NCBI GenBank assembly: GCA_965287045.1
Contig: OZ336874.1
Span: forward strand, 35,650,001 to 35,714,000
Length of the DNA: 64,000 nucleotides
Source of the DNA: Carcharhinus amblyrhynchos
Lineage: Eukaryota
Direction of reading: 5' to 3'
Shown here: in pieces, positions 38,531 through 50,425 of the stretch
Layout: each line of letters begins with the position of its first letter
Position numbering within the stretch: the first letter of the stretch is position 1
Notes under the pieces: model-generated
The model's database searches: none
Seen by the model: the letters and a program-made list of their open reading frames with translations, nothing else
Told to the model about the DNA's origin: nothing
Made by a program: the position numbers and the translations under genes

Positions 38531-40615
38531 AAACTCATCTCCTGCACCTGGCCATGCCTAGCCTTTATACGAATATATATTAGACCACTATTGTATTCAT
38601 CCTTGATCAGATTGCAGTTGATCTCAAAACATGATAGGAAGATTAACCTCTAATTAGTTACTACTCGTTTGGGTAAAACTGAAATGTAACCTGATTGTTA
38701 TTATGGTTGGGTTTTTCTGTTTAACAATCAGAATGCTCAAATTCTTCACTGCATCTGTATTTCTAAGCAACTTAATACTTGATGAAATTCACCAATATAA
38801 CTTGGGTTCTGAAGTCTGACGATTATTATGATAAAAAGATTTCACATTGTAATACAAAATTGAAATCTAAAATTTAAAGTGGCAATAGAATGGCCATTGA
38901 ATGTGATGTAATTAAAGTAATAAATCCACAAAGGGGACTATTCATTACATTTTCTGCATCATTAGGTACTAAGGAGTTGTGAAAGTTTTTTTCTTTTCTT
39001 TTAATTCCCGTTCTTCGATAACTCCTATGTTGATTGTGTCTTTGCAGTTTGCAGCATTAGATTCAGTTTTCTATTAAAATTGAGCTTTTTTCAGAATTTG
39101 TAATTTTCAAGCAATATTCTCTGTGCTTCTGTATGTTTGTGATTTACGGCATTGGTGGATTATCGATTGTTGGGCTCTGAACTGATTCCCACTTTTACAG
39201 CACTATTGTACGTTTCAAGATTGAAAGCAGTGACGTTTTCATTGAATTTTTTTCTTTGTAATTGGGCTATTAACAAAACACAACACAAAATAATTGGGTT
39301 TGTAGCCTCTTTGGTAAAGACATGAGGAAATGCATTATTTCCTGTCCCTTCTTGTACCCCTTAATTGTGTTTAACCGACTCCTCCACCCAACCGGCAGCT
39401 CCATTCTCACTGCCTTTCCTGAAGACAGTGCCTCATGTGGTGGTACAGTTCCATGGGTGATTAGATCTCCAGTGCCTCAATTGAAGTTCATGTGTCAGGT
39501 TGGGCAGTGAGCTTAGCCAGATAATTTGCCTGTTGGCAGTATCACACTGTATTATTAACTGATGTAAATTATTAAGTGTAGTTAATTTCTTTCAGTAGAA
39601 TGACTTTCATCTATCCGCTACTTATCTAGTGACCTATCTGGTGACCAAGCCAAGCAAAGAGGCTGCTTCAATTGACTAGTATCCATCAACTTCTAGTGAG
39701 TTCTATGGACCAATATCCACAGGCATCAAATGGGTTCAATTGATCAATACAGAAACATAGAAACTAGGAACAGATGTAGGCAAATCGGCCTTTTGAGCCT
39801 GCTTCACTATTCAATACATTTAAGGCTGATCCTCCATCTGATCACCATACTTCTGCTCTTTCCCCATACCCCAACAATCTACTGGCTTCTGATTAATTCA
39901 ACAAGCTAATATTCATAGGCTTCTAATAGGCTCAATGGATGAATATTTATAGGTTTCTAATGAGCTGAATGGACCAAGGTATGTATGTCTTCAAATCAAG
40001 ACCCTGAAATTAGGAGTTAAGTGTTCAACTAAATGAGGCAACATAACAGAGATTGCTGTACCAAGCAGAACCAGTGAGACTACAGTAAGACGATTTCAGG
40101 CTTTGGCTCCAAAATCAATTGTGCAGGGGCTGTAGAGCCAGTAATGTTGAACATTTGACTTTCAGGTGTTTTCCTGAGTGGTCTGGTTGAACTTTCATTG
40201 AGGTAAGAAAAGTGGGCTCTGAAAATCCATGTGCCATCATACCTGTCATTAGTGTTGGGATCTACCTGTGCTCTTTGGTGATGAATAGAGAAAACATTAC
40301 TCATTATTGTCTACTTAATGTGTAAGGAAAAGCAAATACATAAATTGAAAGGCTTTGCCGAACCAAAGCAAATTTTTGTTTGAGCTAAAATTGCCTCCGT
40401 GCCTGCGACTTGGGTTCACTTCTCTCCTAATCAAGAATTAATTACTTTCACTCTAAGTGTAGCAGGTGGCTATGTGTGGTGATCATTCTTGAAACTCAAC
40501 CTTGGTTGAAAAGTAAGCATTGAGTGTGCTGAATTGAATCCACATAGGAGGATGTTGCAGATCTTGGTGTGCTATTTTTCTCTACTGACTAAAACTTGCT
40601 GTCGTTTCTGCACAG

Positions 40616-40747
40616 CACCAAGCACAGTGGCAGTAACTCCAGTTCCTTCAGCCGCCACAGACCCTGCAGGATCTTCCTATTCCATCAGTGGCATTCTGGG
40701 GATTACACCTTCCAGCGCTGAGAATAATAAGAGAAAACGTGATGAAG
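40616..40747 (+). CDS. pax5: Pax5 exon 5 with octapeptide and NLS
   Basis: Acceptor GCACAG|, 132 nt, donor G|GTAAGT. Encodes [52 protein letters not shown] is the Pax5 octapeptide (Pax2/8 have YSINGILG/YSINGLLG). Confidence 0.97.
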
Positions 40748-43489
40748 GTAAGTGCAAGAACACCTTGCATGTGCAGAAAGATATGCTTTTGCCATTAAGT
40801 TCAAAGTCTTCACTTGTATGAAGTAAAGGGGCATGTTCAGAATTGGAATAATAATTTCTGGAATTGGTTAGCGCTATGAATGATGGAACATGATCTGTGT
40901 GATATTACAAAAACATGTCTTCAAGTGGAACTAAATAAATTCAAATTTATTATAATTTATATTAGATAAGCACATTTGTGTAAGGGAGTGTTTTTCAATT
41001 GCAGGAAAAGGGTCAGGCTGTTACGTTACTTTTGCAGAAAGTAATAGCTGTTTTGAAGTGTAAAGTATCTTCTGCTAATCAATATTTTGCAATTGAATTA
41101 AATTGCCTAATTCTTTTTAATGATTTATTTGCATTGTGTTGAAGTAGTCAATGTGTTGCACAAATTGCCCTGAATGAAAGTTTGTTGATATTCTTGATAA
41201 TTCTATGTTTAGTTGTGCATAGAAGGGAGGATGAAATGTAAATGTTTTTCATTGTCTTGTTTCATTACCTATGTATGAAATCAAGCACTTTACCAGACCC
41301 TCTCTTTTACCGTCTGTGGTTGTGCTGTGCAAACTTTTATAGTGTGTAAAGTTTTAAAAGTATTTCGCCAGAACAAAGGTGTGTGTCCACATTCAGCAAA
41401 ACGTTGTTTGCGCTGCCAGTTAATTGAAAGATTGCTGTAGGCAGGAGTTAATAGAGTGACAGTGGTCAGAGGACAGCGTACTCCAGCTCTGGTCCTATTT
41501 ACTGAAATGTGAATACTGGGAAAGGGAAGATGATACACAGTTCAATTCTGAACAATATTGGCAGGCTGCATGCTTTGTATGTGCTTGTTGTGCACAGTGT
41601 TTTTCTGAAATGCTGCTTTTGCAGTTTTTCATGCTGTGGAACCTTATTTGGGTTGTTGTGTGATGTGCCCTGTACCCTTCACGAAGACCCTGATGAATAT
41701 GGAGTATTGTCCAGCTCATGATCCGTAACAAAATTTGGTAGATTATTTCCAATAACATTCCAACTATACCCCAAGAGCCTGCTTGCCAATGTATCCTCTC
41801 CCAACTGATTTAGCTAACTTTAATTTGTTGTTTAAAAAATGCAAGTTTTCATAACATTAAAATTACAGCATATCACAAGCTCATTGGTTAAGAATGCAGC
41901 TTCCCAGTGGCTTTGTAGGAATATTGAAAACGTTCGTTTTTGTGTGATTAAGCAGCCTATAATCCTTCGCTAACAATTAGTTGACAATATGTTGCTGTGT
42001 GGGCAAGGAGCTTTGCTCCATCCCCTGTATCCTTTTTATTTTCACTAGTGATTAGGATTCTAACCAATCTGTTAGCTGTAACTTTATTTGCAGACAATAC
42101 CATACAAAATGTTTTTCTACATTGCTGGAAATAGTACTAAGCATTCAGAGAATGTTTTACTTCTTAATTGCTTTTTCTCTGACCTTTTGGCACCTCACAC
42201 GCGATGCATCCTCTTTCAGGTCAGTGGATGTTTGATTGGTATTGGTTAGATCAGGAATTCCAACTAGATTGTAGGAATCAATGTGAAGAATGGATATAAT
42301 TTATTTTCTTGCTACAAATCCAAGTTATTTTTCCAATTTGTCACGCACTCCTTGTCCCAAAATATTGACCGCTGTGAGAGAAGACTTCCCCAGCTGCTGT
42401 TTACTATCTTGCAGCTCACTAAAGTGGCCATTCTTTGCTCATACGCACCCAGACAGTGGCTGACTCTGCCTTTCCCTTGCCTGTGGACTTTGCAGCAATG
42501 CTCGCCAACTAGATACATTCTGCCTACTTTGCAAAGGATGTTAGGGGCATGTGATATCTCGTTCAAGCTGATAAGCCCATTTAGGCTTAATAATGTAACC
42601 ATCTCTAAAATTCAGTTACACCCTGCATTTACTTGCTGAACTTTGTTTATTATGCATGTAAACATGCACATTTTTATAGAGATTCTAAGCCATAGAGGAT
42701 ACACTCTGAATTGGTTTTCTTAGATCCAAAGTTTCTCATAGTGAATTCCATCTACAATAGTTCTGCCCGCTTGTTTAAGTACCTACATATCTTCTTGCAT
42801 TCCTAAACACAGCCTAATGTCCTTCTAACTTAGTGCCATTTGTAAACTTAGATATCCAATTCTTTAGGTGTGTTCTGTCTGAAAAGGAACATATCTAGCA
42901 ATCCAGCACATCCTCAGCTTTGTTCTGGATGTCAGCCTAACTGCCTAAGTTCTTTTGTGGGGTTCAAACCTACAACCTTTTGATCAAGAGGGAAGACACT
43001 ATGGTCTGGATTTTAAGGTTGTAATGATGGCAAAACTGTCAGTGTTCACTGTCACCACAACTGACGACAACTAAACGTGACAGCATTCTGGTGTCTGTAC
43101 ATATGCAGTCAGATGACTATTTCCCTGAGAAAGTAATAGCACACAAATTGAGACTATAAACTCTCCCTACATTATAACAGTGATTATTGTCTGCAAAATG
43201 CTTTGGGATTTAATAAGGTAACCTAAGTGCTATAAAAATGCAAGACATTCTTTATAATAAAACAGAGTTTGTGATTGAGTTATGTTCTCTGATTGAGCTT
43301 GGTTTGGTAAATAAAATGTGTGTCTATGCGTGCATATGTGTACGTGGCTACTGGAAGAGGTTGAAATAGGGCTCAGTTGTGATGCTATATGCAAACAACA
43401 AATTGTCTGAAAACACTTACTGATGGTTGAAGTATGGTAAACTGCATTATGTCAGGGATTTGTGGTCACCTTTGGAGTTTCACCCATAA

Positions 43490-44510
43490 AAGGTGTCTGC
43501 ACCTTCTAGGAAGGGAAAAGAGAATTAGTACTTTCAGAAGTGTGGGAAAAGATCTGCACCTTCAGGGAAGATGGGCGAGAGCCAGTGTTTTCAGGAGAGA
43601 TAGAGAGAGAGAGAGACAGTCAGCAGCTTCAGGAGAAACAGAAAGAGTCTGCAATTTCAGGAGAGAGAGAGGGAGGGAAAGAGAGAGAGTCAGTACCTTC
43701 AGGAGAGACAGAGAGAGTCAGGAGTTTCATGAGAGAGAGAGAAAATCAGCAGCTTCAGGAGAGAGAGAGTTGGAAGCTTCAGGAAAGAGAGAGTCAGCAG
43801 CTTCAAGAGAGACAGAGAGAGAGAGAGAGAGTCAGCAGCTTCAGGAGAGAGAGAGAAAAAGTCAGTACCTTCAGGAGAGAGAGAGAGAGTCTGCAGCTAG
43901 GGGAGAGAGAGAGAGACAGAGAGAGAGAGTCAGCAGCTTCAGGAGAGACAGAGGGAGAGAGTGTCGGCAGCTTCAGGAGAGAGAGAGAGAAAAAGTCAAT
44001 ATCTTCAGGAGAGAAAGAAAGAGAGAGAGTTGGAAACTTCAGGAGAGAAAGAAAGAGAGAGAGTTGGAAACTTCAGGAGAGAGAGAGTCAGCAGCTTCAG
44101 GAGAGAGAGAAAGAGAGAGAGTTGGAAACTACAGGAGAGAGAGAGTCAGCAGCTTCAGGAGAGAGAGAAAGAGAGAGAGTTGGAAACTACAGGAGAGAGA
44201 GAGTCGGCAGCTTCAGGAGCGACAGACAGACAGAGAGAGAGAGAGACAGAGAATCAACAGCTTCGAAAGAGAGAGAAAAAGTCAGTACCTTCAGAAGAGA
44301 GAGAGTCTGCAGCTTTAGGAAAGAGAGAGAGAGAGAGTCAGCACCTTCAGGGAGGGGAGAAAGAATCAGCAGCCATAGGGAGGGGAGAGGGTGTCTGCAC
44401 CTTCAGAGGAGTATTCTGAGTAAGTAGCTTATATGAAGGATAGAGAGTCAGTGTCCTCTGAGGAGGAGAGAGAAATTCAGCATCTTCAAGAGAGGGGGGA
44501 GAGAAAAATC
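43490..44510. repeat. GA-rich minisatellite, unit approximately (GA)nGTCAGCAGCTTCAGGA with variants GTTGGAAACT(T/A)CAGGA and GTCAGTACCTTCAGGA
   Basis: Directly visible tandem units with variable GA spacers, degenerate at both ends. Confidence 0.95.
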
Positions 44511-44949
44511 AGATGTTGACATAGAATAACTAGCTTGCTGGTTGGAAATTTGAATGGCCTCTGGTTGATGAGCAGTGAGAATTAAAACTTATGTTTGACC
44601 AAACGAGACGGTCTCGATTTATCCCAACTCTGCTTTTCATATTAGAATTTCTTACTGCCAACTTTCCTCATATGCACTTGACTTTATCAGAAAGAGCATA
44701 AGATTTTAATGAACTTTGTTATCACTGGCTGAGACAGCTTTACAGTATCAGTAAGTAACATTTACAAACAGTGCAGGCGTTTTGAGTCCAGGGTATTGTA
44801 AAAGCAGGCTGTAATCTAAATAACCTCAGGGACTCTGAAACTCCCGTACAATCTAATGAGCTCATAGCTCATTAACCACCACATATAAAATCTTCTCTTA
44901 AATTTGTTAAATGTGGACTCCAAGTGCCTATTTTCGAAAGAAGATGCAC

Positions 44950-46100
44950 AGGGACAGGAGTAGGCCATTCAGCCCCTTGGGCCCGTTTCTTCATTCAATT
45001 AGATCATTGCTGATATGTACCTCATTCCAGGTCCCTTGATAACCTTTACCCAACAAAAATCTATCAATCTCAGTCTTATAAGTTCCAATTGTCTTAGTGT
45101 CCAAAGCCTTTTAGCACAGAGAATTCCAGATATCTACTGTCTCTACTGTATGGAAAAAGTGCTTCCACAGTTCCCTCTTAAATGGTCTGGCTGTCATTTT
45201 TAAGTTATATCTGTTCGTTATTGACTCCTTCATCAGAGAAAATGATTTCCCTTTATCTCTCTTACAGTCTCCTTTTAATATTTTAAACACTTCAATATAC
45301 TTAAAGGAATACATGTCTTTAAGAAGCATTTAGATGGGCACATGAAACACCATAGCATACAGAGCTATGGACCAAGTGTTGGAAAAGGGAATAGAATAGA
45401 TGGGTACTTATTTGATGGCTGGTGTAGACATGATGGGCTGAAAGGTCTCAGTCATAGTCATTTTACAGCATAGAACTTAGTCATACTCATTTTACAGCAT
45501 AGAAAAAGTTCTGGTATCATTCTGAGTTTGCGCAGCACCTGCTGTGAAGCTAATAGATACATCCTTAGGTATGATGTCCAAAACTGAACTGAATTCCAGA
45601 TGGAATCTGATGAAAGCTTTATGCCCCTGAAGCTTTCATCCTTTAGTATTGCAGCTGCCTTGAGATAGAGACCAACATTCCATTAGCTTGTTTGACTGCC
45701 GTTTTGTACCTGTCGTCTAGCTTTAAATGATTTGAGTACTTGAACTTCCAAATCTCATTGCTCTTCTCAAGTCCCCAGTCTCACACAGAGAGTATTCCAA
45801 TTTTCTTTCTCAGGTCCAAAATGATGATCTCTCACATGCCAATATTAAACTCTATCTGTCATTGTTTTGCCGACTCATTTAAATCGGCCTATGTTGTTTT
45901 GCAACTTCCTGCTCCTGTCTGCACTTTGCAATGGCCTCCAAACTTATGTCAGAAGTAAACTGGATATTCATCTCTCCATTCCTACATTTGAGCAATTAAT
46001 AAATATGGTGAAGAGGCCTCAGAATACTTATCACAGCCTGACACTTAGAATACTTGCCTCTTTATCCCCACGCTGTCACCAACCTTCCAAGTAATTTTCA
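44950..46100 (-). mobile_element. CR1-type LINE fragments, with a short sense-oriented CR1 tail at about 45315-45450
   Basis: Tail CAGGAGTAGGCCATTCAGCCCCT on +. The minus ORF 45111-45329 (IEVFKILKG...FFHTVETVDIWNSL) is the CR1 ORF2 C-terminus. Confidence 0.8.
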
Positions 46101-47139
46101 ACCTAGTAAAAAGGCCACCTTCATTTATGCTCTTTCATTTATTCCAAAAGGTATGAACTGTATAATGATCTATACAAGCCAGCATAATGGACATATTGTA
46201 GAAATGAACGAATGTACAAAATAAAAGTTTATTTATAAATACAAATGGTTAAGATAGAAAAATTTGGAAGACTTGTGTTTATGTAATGCCTGGCATAACC
46301 TTTGGACTTCCCAAAATGTTTCGGACAATTAAACATCTTTGAACTGTAGTCACATTGAAAAAGCGACACAGTTGGATACTAAATAGAATTAAGTGCTCTG
46401 AGTTAGTTGATTTCGGTCAGGGCAATGAAAAAGCTAGTATATTTTAACCTGACACGGAATGGGAAGCACTCAGTTGCATTTTCATTCCCAGTTCTCTTTC
46501 CAGTCACTTTCTCCTGGAAAATGCACACTTGCAGATATCATATGAGGACCAGGTTTTGGTGGGGCTGTGATGCTTTCGTGGTCAAAATAGGCTGCCAGCA
46601 CTCGCTTCAGGAATAGCTGCCCTGAAGAATGCTAGTGGGGTAGCTCAGCAGGAGAAGAGAGAAAGGCAGTAGGCGAGTGAATGGATATCTGTGAGTGAGG
46701 AGGTTTTAGTTTAGAGGTTGATGTGTCTGAGCTCTTAGATTATTGCTTAAAACTCCTTGGTTTTTCATTCTTTCTTGGACATCCAGCATATGTACATTTA
46801 TTGTTTAATATTAGCCCTGCTTTCCCTGTGTGCTTGCAGCAGCTGTCAGTGTGCACGCCATATCCTTGATGTGTAGTGACATTCACAAAAGGTTAATAAT
46901 GTCTTGTGATGCCAGTACTGTAGATTTATCAAGGAATAATCTGCAGCTGACTGCAAAGAAATTCAACATCCCTTGTAGATGTTCATTTGCTCTATATTGC
47001 AAAAAAATAAAAATGCAGAGCCTAAACTTCTGAATCCTGATTATTTGCTTGAATGCCAAAGGAAGTGAACATTTTGTAGTGGGATACTTGTAAGTGTTTG
47101 ATTTTGCATAGTGCAGAATAGTCTTAGTCCTATAACAAT

Positions 47140-48435
47140 TATAGTTAGCAATGTTCACCTCAGAATCAGAAGACTGTGGATTCAAATTCCACTCCAGGAT
47201 TTGAGCACACAATCAAGGCTGATACTTAAGTGCCATACTGAGGGAATGCTACAGTACCAGAAGTGCAGCATTTCAATGAGATGTTCCCTTTGATTAGAGG
47301 TAAAAGGTCCCATAGTAGTATTTGAAGAAGGACAGACCATTTCTTTTTTGTATTCCGGACAATATTTTCCCCTTACCCAATATTGCATCACTAAATCAAA
47401 TTATCTGGCCATCATATCATAGTTGTTTATACACACATTGGCTTCCTATATTATAATAGCTACTGTGGCTGGAATCTTCTGCCCCTGCCCCGAGCAAAGA
47501 GGCAGGCAGACGGGCCTGAAACTTTGGTGGGTTGGCACCAGGACTGATACCCGATGCCTTTCTGCCTCCTCTGGAAGCAAAAAGCAGTCTGAACCAGTAT
47601 TCTTATTTCCCCATGTTATTGCTTTTTTTCCTTCTGGGATGTTTTGGGTGAGAAGACTTAGTGCTCGATCTTTCTGCTCCTACCTCTACTTGAACCACTT
47701 AAGTGGCCAATTTATGGCTTCTTAAGGGCCTCTTCCCGTTTTTGCTGCAACCTCCACGGCTCCAAGGGGGCCTGCCGACATGTGGCCTGTGTGCTTGGTA
47801 AACTGTGGGGGCTACACGTCAGCTTAAGGGGGATGGCACCTTGATCTGCACTAATCTGAGATGGGGCATGGGGATGGCCACTGATGACCTGCCCCTTCCC
47901 TAGCTGCAATTCCCTTACCCACACACCCTCCCTCCCCATTCCCAACTTCTTTAAAAAAATTCTTGAAGTTACAAAGCCATCTCTTTGCTTGCTCCAAAAG
48001 ACAAATTGAACCCAATTCACTGTCTCTACTCAAGAGAAAATCATGATCCAAGCTGACAAGAAAAGGCCAGCAGCATTTATCTTTCTCCTAGGACTCTCCA
48101 CTGCCCTGGGACTGGGTATTCTGGCAGCAGCCCTGCTGTCCTCTGTGGCGCTGCCGGGTGCAGGAGCTGCTAGCCTCTCAATTGTTGGCAGCTCTTGGCG
48201 GGCAGTTGTCTCCCAGGGTCTGGAGTCTGGAGGATGGCTCACTGCTGTTCTGGTGGGTGGAAGATATGGCAAGCCTTTGCCTGCTGCCTCAGAGTCAGCC
48301 TGGGTGTCTCACAGCTTTCCCAGGCAGCAGGTCAGGCACACAAGATTCCGTCCAATGAAAATGCAGATAATGGCTATAAAGCATTTTGGAAATCCTAAGT
48401 TTGTGAAAGGAAATATATAACTGCAAGGCTCCTTT
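47140..48435 (+). mobile_element. Deu-domain SINE split by a TIR element
   Basis: Head and core at 47140-47465 (TCAGAAGACTGTGGATTCAAATTCCACTCCAG..ACTGAGGGAATGCT..TTATCTGGCCAT). The tail resumes at about 48370 (GGCTATAAAGCATTTTGG..GTGAAAGG..TATATAACTGCAAG). Confidence 0.7.
47466..48354. mobile_element. GC-rich non-autonomous DNA element (MITE-like)
   Basis: Ends TGGCTGGAATCTT and AAGATTCCGTCCA are 11/13 complementary; GC content shifts abruptly; the element interrupts a SINE. Confidence 0.6.
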
Positions 48436-48879
48436 TCTAATTGGATGTAAAACTGAAGTCGCACCTGCTCTTTCAGGTGGACAAACAATCCATGGCAATT
48501 TGGACCACCAGCTGGTCATTTATCTGTTTGTTGTTTGTCACATCTTGCTATGTGTAATTGATTGATACATTTGTCTACAAAACACTTAAAAAACAAGCAA
48601 TTCGGTGGCTGTGAAGGCGTTGTGACTGTGAAGGTGAATAGTGTAAATGGAAAGTCTTTCTATTTCAGACCTGGAATATAGTGCAGGAATTAATATGTCT
48701 TACAGCAGGACAGCAGTTGTCTTGATTCTGGTCTTTGTACTTGTGACCCCTGTAATAGTGCTGCTCTTTTACAGTCGCCTGCAGTGGTGCTGGTCCTGTA
48801 TTCCTAGAATATTCATATCCACCAGTTCCATCTGACCTGTACAATCTCACTTTGTTTTTGCCCCATGAGGCAATTGACC

Positions 48880-50040
48880 TGGAGGAACTGGGCTGATTAA
48901 AAAAAAAACCATTGTTACTCTTTCTGTATTTACTTGCACTTGATTGTTCTCAGATTAGCTTCGCGCTTAACCCAGTGGGTCACAGAACATTGGTTGACAG
49001 GGATAAACGGAAGGCAATGTCTGTAGGGCTTTTGCATGAATTAAAGAGCAATTTTCCCTTCTCTGTTTCCTGGAGTAAATGGACTTGGAGCAGATGTTGT
49101 GCCTTGGTGGGAGAGCTGTTGCTGTGTCTCAGCACAAGGACATCTGTCGTGGATTGCTATACAAAAGAGGGGGCCTTCATTCCTCATCTAAGTTTAAAGG
49201 GAGGAGGGCCTTTATAAAGGAGTTATCTGCTGATTAATGCAGGCCATTTACCCCTGACAATCTAAGTGACCATAGGAGTTCTCTCTTCTACATTTCACTG
49301 TAATTAATGTAGCAGCAGGACTAGAAACGCTTTGCTTCAATAAAGCAGCCTCAGTTGCACAGTCCATCAACGGAGCCTGCACACCCGATCGAAAGTTTAT
49401 TTTTGCACAACTGAGGCAAAGTGCCTTTGACTTAGTGTAGGATCTCTGCGGCACAGGCGAAGCTGTCACAGCTCCACACCTTATCGTGTCCGCCCTTTAT
49501 CATTCTTAGGTTGCAGTCACCAGATGGCTCGAGGTGGAAGCTTTTATTTGTCGTTAATCGCTTAATGAAATTTCGGTGCTATGAACGTTGTTGGAGATTC
49601 ATTCATTATTAAAGGAGCTTGGTTGCATGAAGAACCGCCTGGTGAACCAATCCCTCCCAGAGAGTTCGCTGCTGTTGCTTTGATCTCCCCGAGTGTTTCC
49701 GCTCACTGACCCTGCCGGGCTAGACAATGACAATCCGTCCTGTGAATATTTTCCTGAGAGACCAATTGAAGCCACTACCCTGAGGAATTGGCAAAAGCGT
49801 ATGTTTGAGGCCAAATCTATTATGAACTAACACTTGAAATATTTAACCGCAGAGAGCCTCCCTGTGCTCGATGCGAGAACCCCACTCTGCCAGAGCAGCA
49901 CAATTCCTGCTTTTTTATTGAATAAATATCAAGTCTCTTTAAAAACCTGAGTGTTATTTTGGCCATTTATTGATAAGAAGGACGGATTGATAGGAATTGC
50001 TTGTTAAAGGTATGAAGGCGAGTGACAAAGATCATAAGGA
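48880..50040. promoter_or_regulatory. Candidate intron 5 enhancer block
   Basis: Repeat-free, locally CpG-retaining (49350-49900) and rich in TAAT motifs, bounded by SINEs on both sides. Confidence 0.4.
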
Positions 50041-50044
50041 AAGA

Positions 50045-50425
50045 TTATCACAACCTCAGACATCGCAAAGTGCTTTATTTCCTATTAAACACTTAATTGA
50101 AGTGGAGTTACTGTTAATAATGTAAATAACGGCTATAAACAATTTGTGCAAAGGAATGCCCCACAAACAGCAAATGAGATAAAGACCAGATAGTGATGGT
50201 GGTGAAGGGATATATATTGGCTCTGACACCAAAGCGAATTCCTCAGCTCTCATCAGAACCTTTACGCTGCCCTGGGAGAGCAGGCCCATGGTTTAATTTC
50301 TGATCTGAAAAGCAGCACACATGACACTACAGCATTCCCCCAGTAATGCTATGAAGTGAAAGACTGGACTCAGACCTTCTGGAGGAACCCACATCCTTCT
50401 GACCCAGAGGTGAGAGCTACTACAG
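50045..50425 (-). mobile_element. Deu-domain SINE
   Basis: Reverse complement of the 35215 family: CACAACCTCAGACATCGCAAAGTGCTTT...CCCACAAACAGCAAATGAGATAAAGACCAGATA...CCTTCTGACCCAGAGG. Confidence 0.7.

Noticed and set aside
43434-44427. Longest ORFs in the window (294/295 aa, R/E-rich)
   Set aside because: Open in several frames because the GA minisatellite lacks stop codons; no domain or splice support.
43490-44510. CRISPR-like repeat-spacer appearance
   Set aside because: Spacers are just variable GA runs, the context is vertebrate and there are no cas genes.
45450-45505. 29 bp tandem duplication GTCATA(G/C)TCATTTTACAGCATAGAA
   Set aside because: Slippage or tail repeat at a CR1 junction; ordinary.
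48030-48420. 125 aa hydrophobic ORF
   Set aside because: Lies inside a GC-rich MITE-like insert and runs into a SINE tail; no recognisable domain.
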